A stretch of 64,000 nt of DNA, from positions 556,796 to 620,795 of the forward strand of contig CAWIRE010000006.1 of NCBI GenBank assembly GCA_963838385.1, given 5' to 3'. The stretch comes from an uncultured Alphaproteobacteria bacterium (GTDB taxonomy: Bacteria > Pseudomonadota > Alphaproteobacteria > ATCC43930 > CGMCC-115725). Shown here in pieces: positions 32,421 through 40,853 of the stretch (its first letter is position 1; each line of letters opens with the position of its first letter). A model generated the notes under the pieces. The model did no database searches, had not been told where the DNA came from, and saw nothing but the letters and a program-made list of their open reading frames with translations. The position numbers and the translations under genes are program-made.

Positions 32421-32807
32421 ATCCCTAAAATACCGTACAAAGTTTGTGTCTTTCCGGGGCGGTTGCGGGGATAATCGCGGCTGGCGCTCGTGATCCCCCA
32501 GCGCCGGCCCGAGCCGGGCCGGCGCAGCCGCTCGAGGAGACTTCCGGTGTCCAAGCGCTACCTCTTCCGCCGGCGCCGACCCGGCGAGATCCTGTGGCCC
32601 AGCCTGCGCCTCAGCGGGGTCGCCCTGCTGGTGCTCATGACCCCTGCCGCCGCCGCGGCCGCCCCCTTCCTGCGCTGATCCCGCGCCGAGCGCCGGCTCG
32701 ATCCGCCGGGGCCGCCGCGCGCGCGGCCGCGCCGCGATGGACAGCGCCCGGCGCAGCAGGCACAATCGCCGCCAAATTCACGGATTTCGGATGTGGAGGA
32801 TGCGGCT

Positions 32808-33446
32808 ATGCTGACGCTGTTCTACAGCCCCGGCGCCTGTTCCATGGCGTCGCATATCGGGCTCGAGGAGGCGGGCGCCGCCTTCGAGACCATGCAGGTG
32901 GCGCTGGCCAAGGGCGAGCAGCGGACGCCTGACTATCTCAAGATCAATCCCCGCGGCAAGGTGCCGGCGCTGCGGCTCGAGGATGGCAGCGTGATCACCG
33001 AGAACACGGCGATCCTCACTTATATCGGCCGGCGCTTCCCGGAAAAATCCTTGCTGCCCAAGGACCTCGGGGACGAGGCGCGCTGTATCGCCATGATGGC
33101 GTGGCTGTCGAACTGGGTGCATCCCTCCTTCACCCACATCTTCCGGCCCGAGCGCTTCGCCGAGGATCCGAGCGCCGCGCCCGCGCTCAAGGAGACCGGA
33201 AAGAAGAATTTCTGGGCGGCGCTGCAGGAGATCGACGGGCTGGTCGCCGGCCACAAATGGATGCAGGGCGACGCCTTCACCCTCTGCGATCCCTACGCCC
33301 TGGTCTTCTATGGTTGGGGCAAGCGCATCGAGCTGCCGGTCAAGGAGCTCAAATCCTATAGTAGCTGGAAGGATCGCATGCTCGAGCGCCCGGCCGTGCG
33401 CCGGGTGTTGGAGCGCGAGCAGAACATCCTGCTCAAAGCGGCATAG
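32808..33446 (+). CDS. Glutathione S-transferase
   Basis: MLTLFYSPGACSMASHIGLEEAG ... YLKINPRGKVPALRLEDGSVITENTAILTYI is the GST N-terminal thioredoxin-like domain. GGAGGA RBS. Confidence 0.85.
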   Translation: MLTLFYSPGACSMASHIGLEEAGAAFETMQVALAKGEQRTPDYLKINPRGKVPALRLEDGSVITENTAILTYIGRRFPEKSLLPKDLGDEARCIAMMAWLSNWVHPSFTHIFRPERFAEDPSAAPALKETGKKNFWAALQEIDGLVAGHKWMQGDAFTLCDPYALVFYGWGKRIELPVKELKSYSSWKDRMLERPAVRRVLEREQNILLKAA

Positions 33447-33487
33447 CGGCGCTGCAATCGCCGGCGGCGCCGGCAAGGCGGTATGGT

Positions 33488-34006
33488 TTGGGTCATCCCT
33501 GTCGCGCCCATCCGATCCTCGGAAGAGCGCTCGCCTATTGGCTGCGCATCCGCGGCACCCGCACCATGCCGTCGCGCCGCGATGTCGAGCCGGCGGACGT
33601 GCCGGCGCTGCTGCCGCATCTGCAGCTCGTGGACATCGTCGACGGCCGGTTCCGCTACCGCCTGGTCGGCACCGCGCTGGTCGACGCCTTCGGGCGCGAC
33701 TATACCGGCCAATATCCCGACGAGATGTTCGAGAACACCCGCGGCCCCTTCATCTGCCAGGTTTTCACCGCGGTGCGCGAGGCGCGCCGGCCGATGTTCC
33801 TGCGCAGCCGCTATCTCACCAACCGGGATGTCGAGCTGTTCGCCGACCGGCTCTACCTGCCGTTGTCGCAGGACGGGCGCGAGGTCGACATGATCCTGGG
33901 CGCCTTGTCCTTCGATTTCGGCACGGCCGAGCCGGTCGCCGGCGCCTGGGGCTCGGCTGAGCTCGCGCCCTCGGACGCGCCGCCCGAGCTCGTCGAGCTG
34001 GACTGA
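33488..34006 (+). CDS. PAS-fold protein (small single-domain type common in Rhizobiales)
   Basis: LAYWLRIRGTRTMPSRRDVEPADVPALLPHLQLVDIVDGRFRYRLVGTALVDAFGRDYTGQY. Start codon is TTG, so the 5' end is uncertain. Confidence 0.5.
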   Translation: MGHPCRAHPILGRALAYWLRIRGTRTMPSRRDVEPADVPALLPHLQLVDIVDGRFRYRLVGTALVDAFGRDYTGQYPDEMFENTRGPFICQVFTAVREARRPMFLRSRYLTNRDVELFADRLYLPLSQDGREVDMILGALSFDFGTAEPVAGAWGSAELAPSDAPPELVELD

Positions 34007-34108
34007 CGCGGTTGCGGCGACAGCCGCTCACGCACATATGATGACGGTGTGAGTGTCGTGCGCTCCTTCGCGGCCGCTAAGCTCGGCCGATTGACGAGGA
34101 GGACTATC

Positions 34109-34648
34109 ATGACTGTCGCCGATCTCGGCCGCGGCGCCGCCATCATCGCCGTCCTGCTGCTCGCCGGCTGCGCCACCGATCAGACCGCCTATTACGCGCC
34201 GCCGCCCGGGCTGACGCCGGACCGGGCGGTGAGCATCATCGGCAGCAAGGATCCCAAATCCCCGCTGCAATCGAGCGAGTATCACCTGGTCTGGCAGGTC
34301 GACGGGCAGCGCGTGCGGGATTCGGCCACGCGCTGGGATCAGCCGCTGCTGGTCACCGCCGGCGCGCCGCACCGTCTCAGCCTCGCTTATGGCTGGGGCG
34401 GCATCTCCGGCGGCACCGAGATCGAGCTCACCGGCAAGCCTGGCACCACCGTGGTGGTCGAGGGCGCGGCGGTCGATCCCGACAGCTCGGCCGAGCTCTG
34501 GCTCGCCGACGCCCGCACCGGCACGGTCATCGGCGAGAAGCACGCGGTGCGCCTCAGCTGGTTCCCGGCCAGCGAACCCATGCCGATGGTGACCGACACC
34601 AACGTCATCCCGCTGCAGCTGATCGACAAGACCCTGCCGATGCACTGA
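34109..34648 (+). CDS. Hypothetical lipoprotein
   Basis: Lipobox AVLLLAGC. GAGGAGGA RBS before ATG 34109. Confidence 0.6.
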   Translation: MTVADLGRGAAIIAVLLLAGCATDQTAYYAPPPGLTPDRAVSIIGSKDPKSPLQSSEYHLVWQVDGQRVRDSATRWDQPLLVTAGAPHRLSLAYGWGGISGGTEIELTGKPGTTVVVEGAAVDPDSSAELWLADARTGTVIGEKHAVRLSWFPASEPMPMVTDTNVIPLQLIDKTLPMH

Positions 34649-34658
34649 GCCGCGGCAG

Positions 34659-34714
34659 GAGCTGTCAGCTATCAGCTATCAGCTATCAGCTATCAGCTAT
34701 CAGCTTTCAGCCGT
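34659..34714. repeat. Tandem heptamer repeat (CAGCTAT) x5 perfect plus three degenerate copies
   Basis: gagctgt cagctat cagctat cagctat cagctat cagctat cagcttt cagccgt, read directly at 34659-34714. Confidence 0.95.
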
Positions 34715-34770
34715 CGCGGCGCGTGTCGCGTAGTCCGCAAACTAATTGATAGCTGACGGCTGAAAGCTGA
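34701..34770. terminator. Long hairpin between convergent genes (bidirectional terminator candidate)
   Basis: cagctttcagccgtc (34701-34715) pairs perfectly with gacggctgaaagctg (34756-34770). Pairing extends outward through the heptamers (to about 34687 and 34782) with mismatches. It lies between the lipoprotein stop (34648) and the corrected coaD stop (34788). Confidence 0.55.
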
Positions 34771-34787
34771 CAGCTGACAGCTTCCCC

Positions 34788-35325
34788 TCACCGCTTCGCC
34801 GCCACCTTCTTCTTGCCGTTCTGGGCGAAGCGGGCGGTGATCCGGTTCAACACGCGCGGGCTGACGAAATGCGGAGACGTCGCCGCCGAGCTGGGCGATC
34901 TCCTTGACGAAGCGCGAGGCGATGAACTGGTACTTGTCGTTGGCCATCAGGAACACCGTCTCGACATTGGGATTGAGGCGGTTGTTCATCCCGGCCATCT
35001 GGAACTCGTATTCGAAGTCGGAGACGGCGCGCAAGCCGCGCACGATCACCGTGGCGCCCTGCTCCATCGCGAAATGCATGGTGAGGATGTCATAGGCCTT
35101 CACCTCCACGCGGTGCCGGGTTTCGGCATCGGCGAGATGCGCGATCTCCTCCTGCACCATCTCGACGCGCTCGTCGGTGGAGAAGAGCGGGCCCTTGCCG
35201 ATGTTGCGGGCGACGCCGATCACCAGCCGGTCGACGATCTTCGTCGCCCGCAGGATGATGTCGGTATGGCCGTTGGTGATGGGGTCGAAGGTGCCGGGAT
35301 AGACCCCAATGCGCGCGCTGCTCAT
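34788..35325 (-). CDS. coaD: Phosphopantetheine adenylyltransferase CoaD; frame broken by one extra nt near 34866
   Basis: [18 protein letters not shown] ... [22 protein letters not shown] ... is canonical CoaD. After ...LGGDVSAF the track ORF reads [23 protein letters not shown] and runs into the heptamer repeat. Skipping nt 34866 gives [25 protein letters not shown] with stop 34790-34788, a normal CoaD C-terminus. ATGA overlap with the gyrA stop. Confidence 0.85.
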
Positions 35326-38108
35326 GCGATATCCCCTTCGGTTTCCTCGGTCGCCCCGTTCTCGCCGTTCTCTCCGGCATCGGCGAGATGCGCCACCGAG
35401 ACGACGCGCTCGCCTTCCTCCACCTTGAACACCACGACCCCCTGGCTGCGCCGGCGCTTGATCGGGATCCCCTCGATCGGCACGCGGATCACCATGCCGG
35501 TATTGGTCACCAGCATGATCTGGTCGCGCTTGCCCACCGGGAAGACGGCGACGACGGCGTCCTGGCGCCGCGCCAGATTCATGTTCTCGATGCCCTGCCC
35601 GCCGCGCCCGGCGATGCGATAGTCATAGGCCGAGCTGCGCACGCCGAAGCCCTTCTCGGTGATCGACAGCAGCAGCTCCTCGCGCTGGGCGAGGTCGGCA
35701 TACTGCTCCTCGGAGACGGTGGCATCCACGCCGTTGCCGTTGCCGTTGCCGTTCTCGCCCTCACCCTCCTCGGGCTCGGTGGCCTCCACCGGCTCGCTCT
35801 CCTCGCCTGCGGCGCGCCGGCGCTGGGTCGCGAGCCGCAGGAAGGCGGCGCGGGTCGGCGCATCCGCCTCCTCGTGGCGCAGGATCGACAGCGAGATCAC
35901 CGCATCGCCCTCGGCGAGCTTGATGCCGCGCACGCCGACGGAGGTGCGCCCGGTGAACACCCGCACGTCGCCCGCCGGGAAGCGGATGGCGCGGCCGTTG
36001 CGCGTGGCCAGCAGGATGTCGTCATGGGCGCCGCAGACCGCGACCGCGATCAGCTTGTCGTCGGCATCCTCGCCCTCGAATTTCATCGCGATCTTGCCGC
36101 TGGCGAAGACGTTGCCGAAATCCGACAGCAGGTTGCGCCGCACATTGCCTTTGCGCGTGACGAAGACCGCGGTGTACTGGTCCCAGGATTTCTCGTCCTC
36201 GGGCAGCGGCATCACCGTCGAGATGCCTTCGCCCGGCGCCAGGTTGGGCAGCAGGTTGATGAACGCCTTGCCGCGCGATTGCGGCGTCCCCACCGGCAGC
36301 TTGTAGACCTTGAGCTTGTAGACCCGGCCGGTCGAGGTGAAGAACAGCACCGAGGCGTGGGTCGAGGCGACGAAGACCTGGCTGACGAAATCCTCCTCGC
36401 GCACCGCCATGCCGGTGCGGCCGCGCCCGCCGCGGCGCTGCGCGCGGTATGTGGAGAGCGGCACGCGCTTGATGTAGCCGGCGTGGCTCACCGTCACCAC
36501 CATGTCCTCGCGCTGGATCAGCTCCTCGATATCGGCCTCGAACTCGACATCCTCGATCACCGTCTTGCGCGGTGTGGCGAACTCCTCCCTGATCTCGCGG
36601 AATTCCTGGCGCAGCACCTCGAGCAGCCGCTCGCGCGAGCCGAGGATGGCGAGATGGCCCTTGATCTCGGTGACGATCTGGTCGAGCTCCTGCGCGATCT
36701 TGTCGCGCTCGAGCCCGGTCAGGCGCTGCAGGCGCAGATCGAGGATCGCCTTGGCCTGATCCTCGGAGAGCCGGTAGCTGCCGTCGGGCTGCGTTCCGCC
36801 GCGGCCGGCCTCCTCGATCAGCGCGATCAGCGGCGCCACGTCCGCCACGGGCCAGGTCCGGCCGACCAGCGCCTCGCGCGCCGCCGGCGGGTCGGGCGCC
36901 CGGCGGATGAGCTCGATCATCGCGTCGATATTGGCCACCGCCACGGCCAGCCCCAGCAGCACATGCGCCCGCTCGCGCGCCTTGCCCAGCAGGAAGATGG
37001 TGCGGCGGGTGACGACCTCCTCGCGGAATCCGACGAAGGCGGCGATGATCTCGCGCAGCGGCAGCAGCTCGGGCCGGCCGCCGTTCAGCGCCAGCATGTT
37101 GACGCCGAAGCTGGTCTGCAGCGGCGTGTGGCGATAGAGTTGGTTCAGCACGATGTCGGCCTGGGCGTCGCGCTTGATCTCGATCACCACGCGCACGCCA
37201 TCGCGGTCGCTCTCGTCGCGCAGATCGGCGATGCCCTCGATCAGCTTCTCGCGCACGCATTCGGCGATGCGCTCGACCATGCGCGCCTTGTTCACCTGGT
37301 AGGGCACCTCGGTGACGATGATCGCCTCGCGCTCCTTGCGGATCTCCTCGATGTGCGTCTTGCCGCGCAGCACCACCGAGCCGCGGCCGAGCTTGTAGGC
37401 GGCATGGATGCCCGTGCGGCCGATGATGATGCCGCCGGTGGGGAAATCCGGGCCCGGCACCAGCTCCATCAGCTCGTCGGTGGTGATGTTGGGGTTGTCG
37501 ATGAAGGCGATGCAGGCGTCGAGCACCTCGCCGAGATTGTGCGTCGGGATGTTGGTCGCCATGCCGACGGCGATGCCGGAGCCGCCGTTGACCAGGAGGT
37601 TGGGGAACCGCGCCGGCAGCACCTTCGGCTCCTGGCGCGTGCCGTCGTAATTGGGCTGGAAGTCGACGGTGTCCTTGTCGATGTCGCTGAGCAGCGGGTC
37701 CGAGGCGCGCGACAGCCGCGCCTCGGTGTAGCGCATCGCCGCCGCCGGGTCGCCGTCCATCGAGCCGAAATTGCCCTGGCCGTCGATCAGCGGCACGCGC
37801 ATCGCGAAATCCTGCGCCATGCGCACCATGGCGTCGTAGATCGCGCTGTCGCCATGCGGGTGGTAATGCCCCATGACGTCGCCGACCACCGCCGCCGATT
37901 TGCGGAACGGCCGGTTCCAGTCGTAGCCGTTCTCCTTCATCGCATAGAGGATGCGGCGATGCACCGGCTTCAGCCCGTCGCGCACGTCGGGCAGCGCCCG
38001 CGCCACGATGACGCTCATGGCGTAGTCGAGATAGGAGCGCCGCATCTCGTCTTCGATGGAGATCGGCGTGATGTCGAACGGCGGCGGCGCGATCGGAGAA
38101 TCGGTCAA
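35322..38108 (-). CDS. gyrA: DNA gyrase subunit A
   Basis: [37 protein letters not shown] ... [19 protein letters not shown] ... [10 protein letters not shown], with C-terminal beta-pinwheel repeats. Confidence 0.97.
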   Translation of the reverse strand: MTDSPIAPPPFDITPISIEDEMRRSYLDYAMSVIVARALPDVRDGLKPVHRRILYAMKENGYDWNRPFRKSAAVVGDVMGHYHPHGDSAIYDAMVRMAQDFAMRVPLIDGQGNFGSMDGDPAAAMRYTEARLSRASDPLLSDIDKDTVDFQPNYDGTRQEPKVLPARFPNLLVNGGSGIAVGMATNIPTHNLGEVLDACIAFIDNPNITTDELMELVPGPDFPTGGIIIGRTGIHAAYKLGRGSVVLRGKTHIEEIRKEREAIIVTEVPYQVNKARMVERIAECVREKLIEGIADLRDESDRDGVRVVIEIKRDAQADIVLNQLYRHTPLQTSFGVNMLALNGGRPELLPLREIIAAFVGFREEVVTRRTIFLLGKARERAHVLLGLAVAVANIDAMIELIRRAPDPPAAREALVGRTWPVADVAPLIALIEEAGRGGTQPDGSYRLSEDQAKAILDLRLQRLTGLERDKIAQELDQIVTEIKGHLAILGSRERLLEVLRQEFREIREEFATPRKTVIEDVEFEADIEELIQREDMVVTVSHAGYIKRVPLSTYRAQRRGGRGRTGMAVREEDFVSQVFVASTHASVLFFTSTGRVYKLKVYKLPVGTPQSRGKAFINLLPNLAPGEGISTVMPLPEDEKSWDQYTAVFVTRKGNVRRNLLSDFGNVFASGKIAMKFEGEDADDKLIAVAVCGAHDDILLATRNGRAIRFPAGDVRVFTGRTSVGVRGIKLAEGDAVISLSILRHEEADAPTRAAFLRLATQRRRAAGEESEPVEATEPEEGEGENGNGNGNGVDATVSEEQYADLAQREELLLSITEKGFGVRSSAYDYRIAGRGGQGIENMNLARRQDAVVAVFPVGKRDQIMLVTNTGMVIRVPIEGIPIKRRRSQGVVVFKVEEGERVVSVAHLADAGENGENGATEETEGDIA

Positions 38109-38422
38109 AACAGGGTCCCGTATGGTGGGCGCAAAACGGAAAACGCCGGCGACGAGCGCCAGCGTTGAGGCGCGGCGAAGTTTAGCTCATCCGACCGCGC
38201 CGGACAATCTCGCCGGGCGCCCGAACGGGACTCGGAGCGGCGCGCCAGGCGAAAGCGAAAGAGGCGTGAATTCCGCAAGATAGATGGGCTTCTTCGAGCG
38301 ATCTTTCAACCATTTCGGGCGCGATCCGCCACGCCCGCTATTGCGCTGCGGCAGGGCGGCGAAACGCGGCGCGCCCCAGGCCGTCCTTGCCGCCACGCCG
38401 CCGGGCGAGGCAGGCTCTTGCC

Positions 38423-39604
38423 ATGACCGGGCAGTGCGACGTGGCGATCATCGGCGGCGGCGTCATCGGCTCGGCCATCGCCTGCTGTCTCGCCGGCGAG
38501 CCGGGCTTTCAGGGCGGCATCACCGTGCTCGAGCGCGATCCCGCCTATGGGCAGGCGGCCTCGGCGCTATCGGTGAGCTCGATCCGCCAGCAATTCTCCA
38601 CCCCGGTCAACATCGCGCTCTCGCTTTATGGCATCGATTTCCTGCGCCGGGCGGCGCGCCTGCTCGCGGTCGAGGGCGAGCCGCCGCCCGCGCTCGGCTT
38701 GCAGGAGCAGGGTTATCTCTTCCTGGCGAACGCCGCGGGCCGGGCCGATCTCCAAGCCGGTCACGCGCTGCAGCGCCGGCTCGGCGCCGACATCGCGCTG
38801 CTCGATCCGGCGGCGCTGGCGGCGCGCTTTCCCTGGCTCGACGCCACGGGGATTGCCGCCGGCGCGCTCGGCCTTTCCGGCGAGGGCTGGTTCGACGGCT
38901 GGGCCCTGCTCCAGGGCTTCCGCCGCAAGGCGCGGTCGCTCGGCGCGCACTATCGCCGCGCCGAGGTGGTCGGCATCGAGCGCGCCGGGCGCCGTGTCGC
39001 CGCGCTCGCGCTCGATGACGGCACGCGGCTCGGCTGCGGCCTCGCCGTCATCGCCGCCGGCCCGCAATCGGGCGCGGTCGCGGCGCTCGCCGGCATCGAT
39101 CTCCCGGTCGAGCCGAGGAAGCGCTCGGTCTTCGTCTTCGCCTGCCGCGCGGCGCTGCCGGGCTTCCCGCTGCTCATCGATCCCGGCGGGGTCTATGTGC
39201 GCCCCGAAGGCGACCGCTTTCTCGCCGGCGTCTCGCCGCCGCCCGAGCGCGATCCGCCGGCCACCGATTTCGCCGTCGATGGCGCGCTCTTCGACGAGAT
39301 CATCTGGCCCGCTTTGGCGCGGCGGGTGCCGGCCTTCGCCGAGATCAAGCTCACCGGTGCCTGGGCCGGGCATTACGATTTCAACCGCTTCGACCAGAAC
39401 GGGCTGGTCGGCCCGCACCCGGCGCTGGACAATCTGATCTGCGCCACCGGCTTCAGCGGCCACGGGCTGCAGCAGGCGCCGGCGGTCGGGCGCGGCGTGG
39501 CGGAGCTCATCGCCCACGGCGGCTATCGCAGCCTCGACCTCTCGCCGCTCTCGGTCGCGCGGGTCGCGGAAGGCCGGCCGCTGCGCGAGGCCAAGGTGGT
39601 CTAG
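38423..39604 (+). CDS. FAD-dependent oxidoreductase (DAO family)
   Basis: CDVAIIGGGVIGSAIACCLA dinucleotide-binding motif; C-terminal GFSGHGLQQAPAVGRGVAELI. Confidence 0.8.
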   Translation: MTGQCDVAIIGGGVIGSAIACCLAGEPGFQGGITVLERDPAYGQAASALSVSSIRQQFSTPVNIALSLYGIDFLRRAARLLAVEGEPPPALGLQEQGYLFLANAAGRADLQAGHALQRRLGADIALLDPAALAARFPWLDATGIAAGALGLSGEGWFDGWALLQGFRRKARSLGAHYRRAEVVGIERAGRRVAALALDDGTRLGCGLAVIAAGPQSGAVAALAGIDLPVEPRKRSVFVFACRAALPGFPLLIDPGGVYVRPEGDRFLAGVSPPPERDPPATDFAVDGALFDEIIWPALARRVPAFAEIKLTGAWAGHYDFNRFDQNGLVGPHPALDNLICATGFSGHGLQQAPAVGRGVAELIAHGGYRSLDLSPLSVARVAEGRPLREAKVV

Positions 39605-39773
39605 CCCGGATTTCTCACACAGGCACGGGCTGCGACGGCGATCTTTGGCGCCAGGGCAGGAGCCGGGACGCGCGGCGATGCACCGCATCGTGAGCGGCCC
39701 GGCGACGCCCCCTGGCGCCAAAGAGCGCCGTCCCTCCGGGTTGCAGCGCGTACCTGTGTGAGAAATCCGGGCT
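39603..39773. repeat. 171-bp nested palindromic (MITE/REP-like) element
   Basis: Outer perfect 21-bp inverted repeat agcccggatttctcacacagg (39603-39623) / cctgtgtgagaaatccgggct (39753-39773). Inner perfect 14-bp inverted repeat ctttggcgccaggg (39643-39656) / ccctggcgccaaag (39710-39723). Confidence 0.9.
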
Positions 39774-39866
39774 GGGACCCTCAAATTGTCGTGAAGGTAG
39801 CCCAGCTTACACCATGATGTGGTACATCCCCCGCCATCTGAAGCCGTTTTCGGGGAGGAGACAGCC

Positions 39867-40298
39867 ATGCATCGCCTGAGCCGACCGGTCGCCGCGCTTG
39901 CGCTGGCGGGATTGCTTGCCGCCTGCGCCTCCAATGCCAGCATGAAGACCCTGCACGCCACGCTCAACGGCCAGCAGGAAGTGCCGCCAACCAGCAGCAA
40001 GGGCACGGGCACGGCGAATTTCACCCTCGATCCCGTGACCCGGCAGCTCACCTGGAAGGTGACGTATGCCGGTCTCACCGGCCCGGCCGCCGCCGCCCAT
40101 ATCCATGGCCCCGCCGCGCCCGGCGCCAATGCCGGCGTCGCCGTCAATCTCGCGCCCAACGGGGTCGGCAATCCGATCGAAGGCGCCACCGTGCTGACCG
40201 ACGGTCAGATCGCCGATCTGATGGCGGGCAAGGACTACGTCAACATCCACACCGCGGCCAACAAGGGCGGCGAGATCCGCGGCCAGATCCTGCCATGA
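39867..40298 (+). CDS. CHRD-domain lipoprotein
   Basis: Lipobox LLAAC. LNGQQEVPPTSSKGTGTANFTLDPVTRQLTWKVTYAGLTGPAAAAHIHGPAAPGANAGV is the CHRD signature. GGGGAGGAG RBS. Confidence 0.8.
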   Translation: MHRLSRPVAALALAGLLAACASNASMKTLHATLNGQQEVPPTSSKGTGTANFTLDPVTRQLTWKVTYAGLTGPAAAAHIHGPAAPGANAGVAVNLAPNGVGNPIEGATVLTDGQIADLMAGKDYVNIHTAANKGGEIRGQILP

Positions 40299-40726
40299 AG
40301 CCACGAGGGGAGCCGGGCGCGGCTCTCCTCGCCGCTGCCGGCCGCCGGACTGCGCTGGCGACGCTGCTGGGCGCGGCGGCGCTGGCGCTGCTCGGGCGGC
40401 CCGCGGCGGCGGAGCCGCTGCTCGTCACGCTGGTGATGACCGAATACCGCTTCACGCCGAAGCAGCTACGCCTGCCGGTGGGGGTTCCCTGCCGTCTGGT
40501 GCTGGAGAACCACGGCGCCGAGCTTCACGAGTTCACTGCGCCGGAATTTCTCGCTGCGATTGCGCTCGACACGCCCGAGGCTCTCGCGCCGGGCGGCCGC
40601 GAGGTCGTGGTCCGGCCGGGCCAGCGCAAGGAGCTGCGCTTCATCGCGCCGCATGCCGGGCGCTATCCCATGGCCTGCGCCGATCACGACTGGGCGGGGA
40701 TGGTGGGCGAGATCATCGTCGGCTGA
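40295..40726 (+). CDS. Cupredoxin-like (plastocyanin/azurin family) protein
   Basis: EYRFTPKQLRLPVGVPCRLVLENHGAELHEFTAPEF ... HAGRYPMACADHDWAGMVGEIIV carries H ... C..H..M copper-ligand spacing. ATGA overlap with the CHRD gene stop. Confidence 0.7.
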   Translation: MKPRGEPGAALLAAAGRRTALATLLGAAALALLGRPAAAEPLLVTLVMTEYRFTPKQLRLPVGVPCRLVLENHGAELHEFTAPEFLAAIALDTPEALAPGGREVVVRPGQRKELRFIAPHAGRYPMACADHDWAGMVGEIIVG

Positions 40727-40853
40727 GCCGCGGCCCGCGCCCCCCCCCGTGACCTTTCGTTAAGCCCGGCGCGCCAGACTGCGCCACGGCCGCGCGGCCC
40801 GGCGGAGGTCACTTGGCAGACCACCGGGGCTTGCGCGACAATCACGGAAGACA

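Noticed and set aside
34659-34782. The repeat array as a possible CRISPR locus.
   Set aside because: The repeat unit is only 7 nt, with no spacers. It is a microsatellite and hairpin, not a CRISPR array.
34693-34787. The C-terminal 48-aa extension of CoaD running through the heptamer repeat (track ORF 34693..35325).
   Set aside because: The extension is unlike any CoaD tail. The neighbouring frame yields a conserved-looking tail and a stop at 34788-34790.
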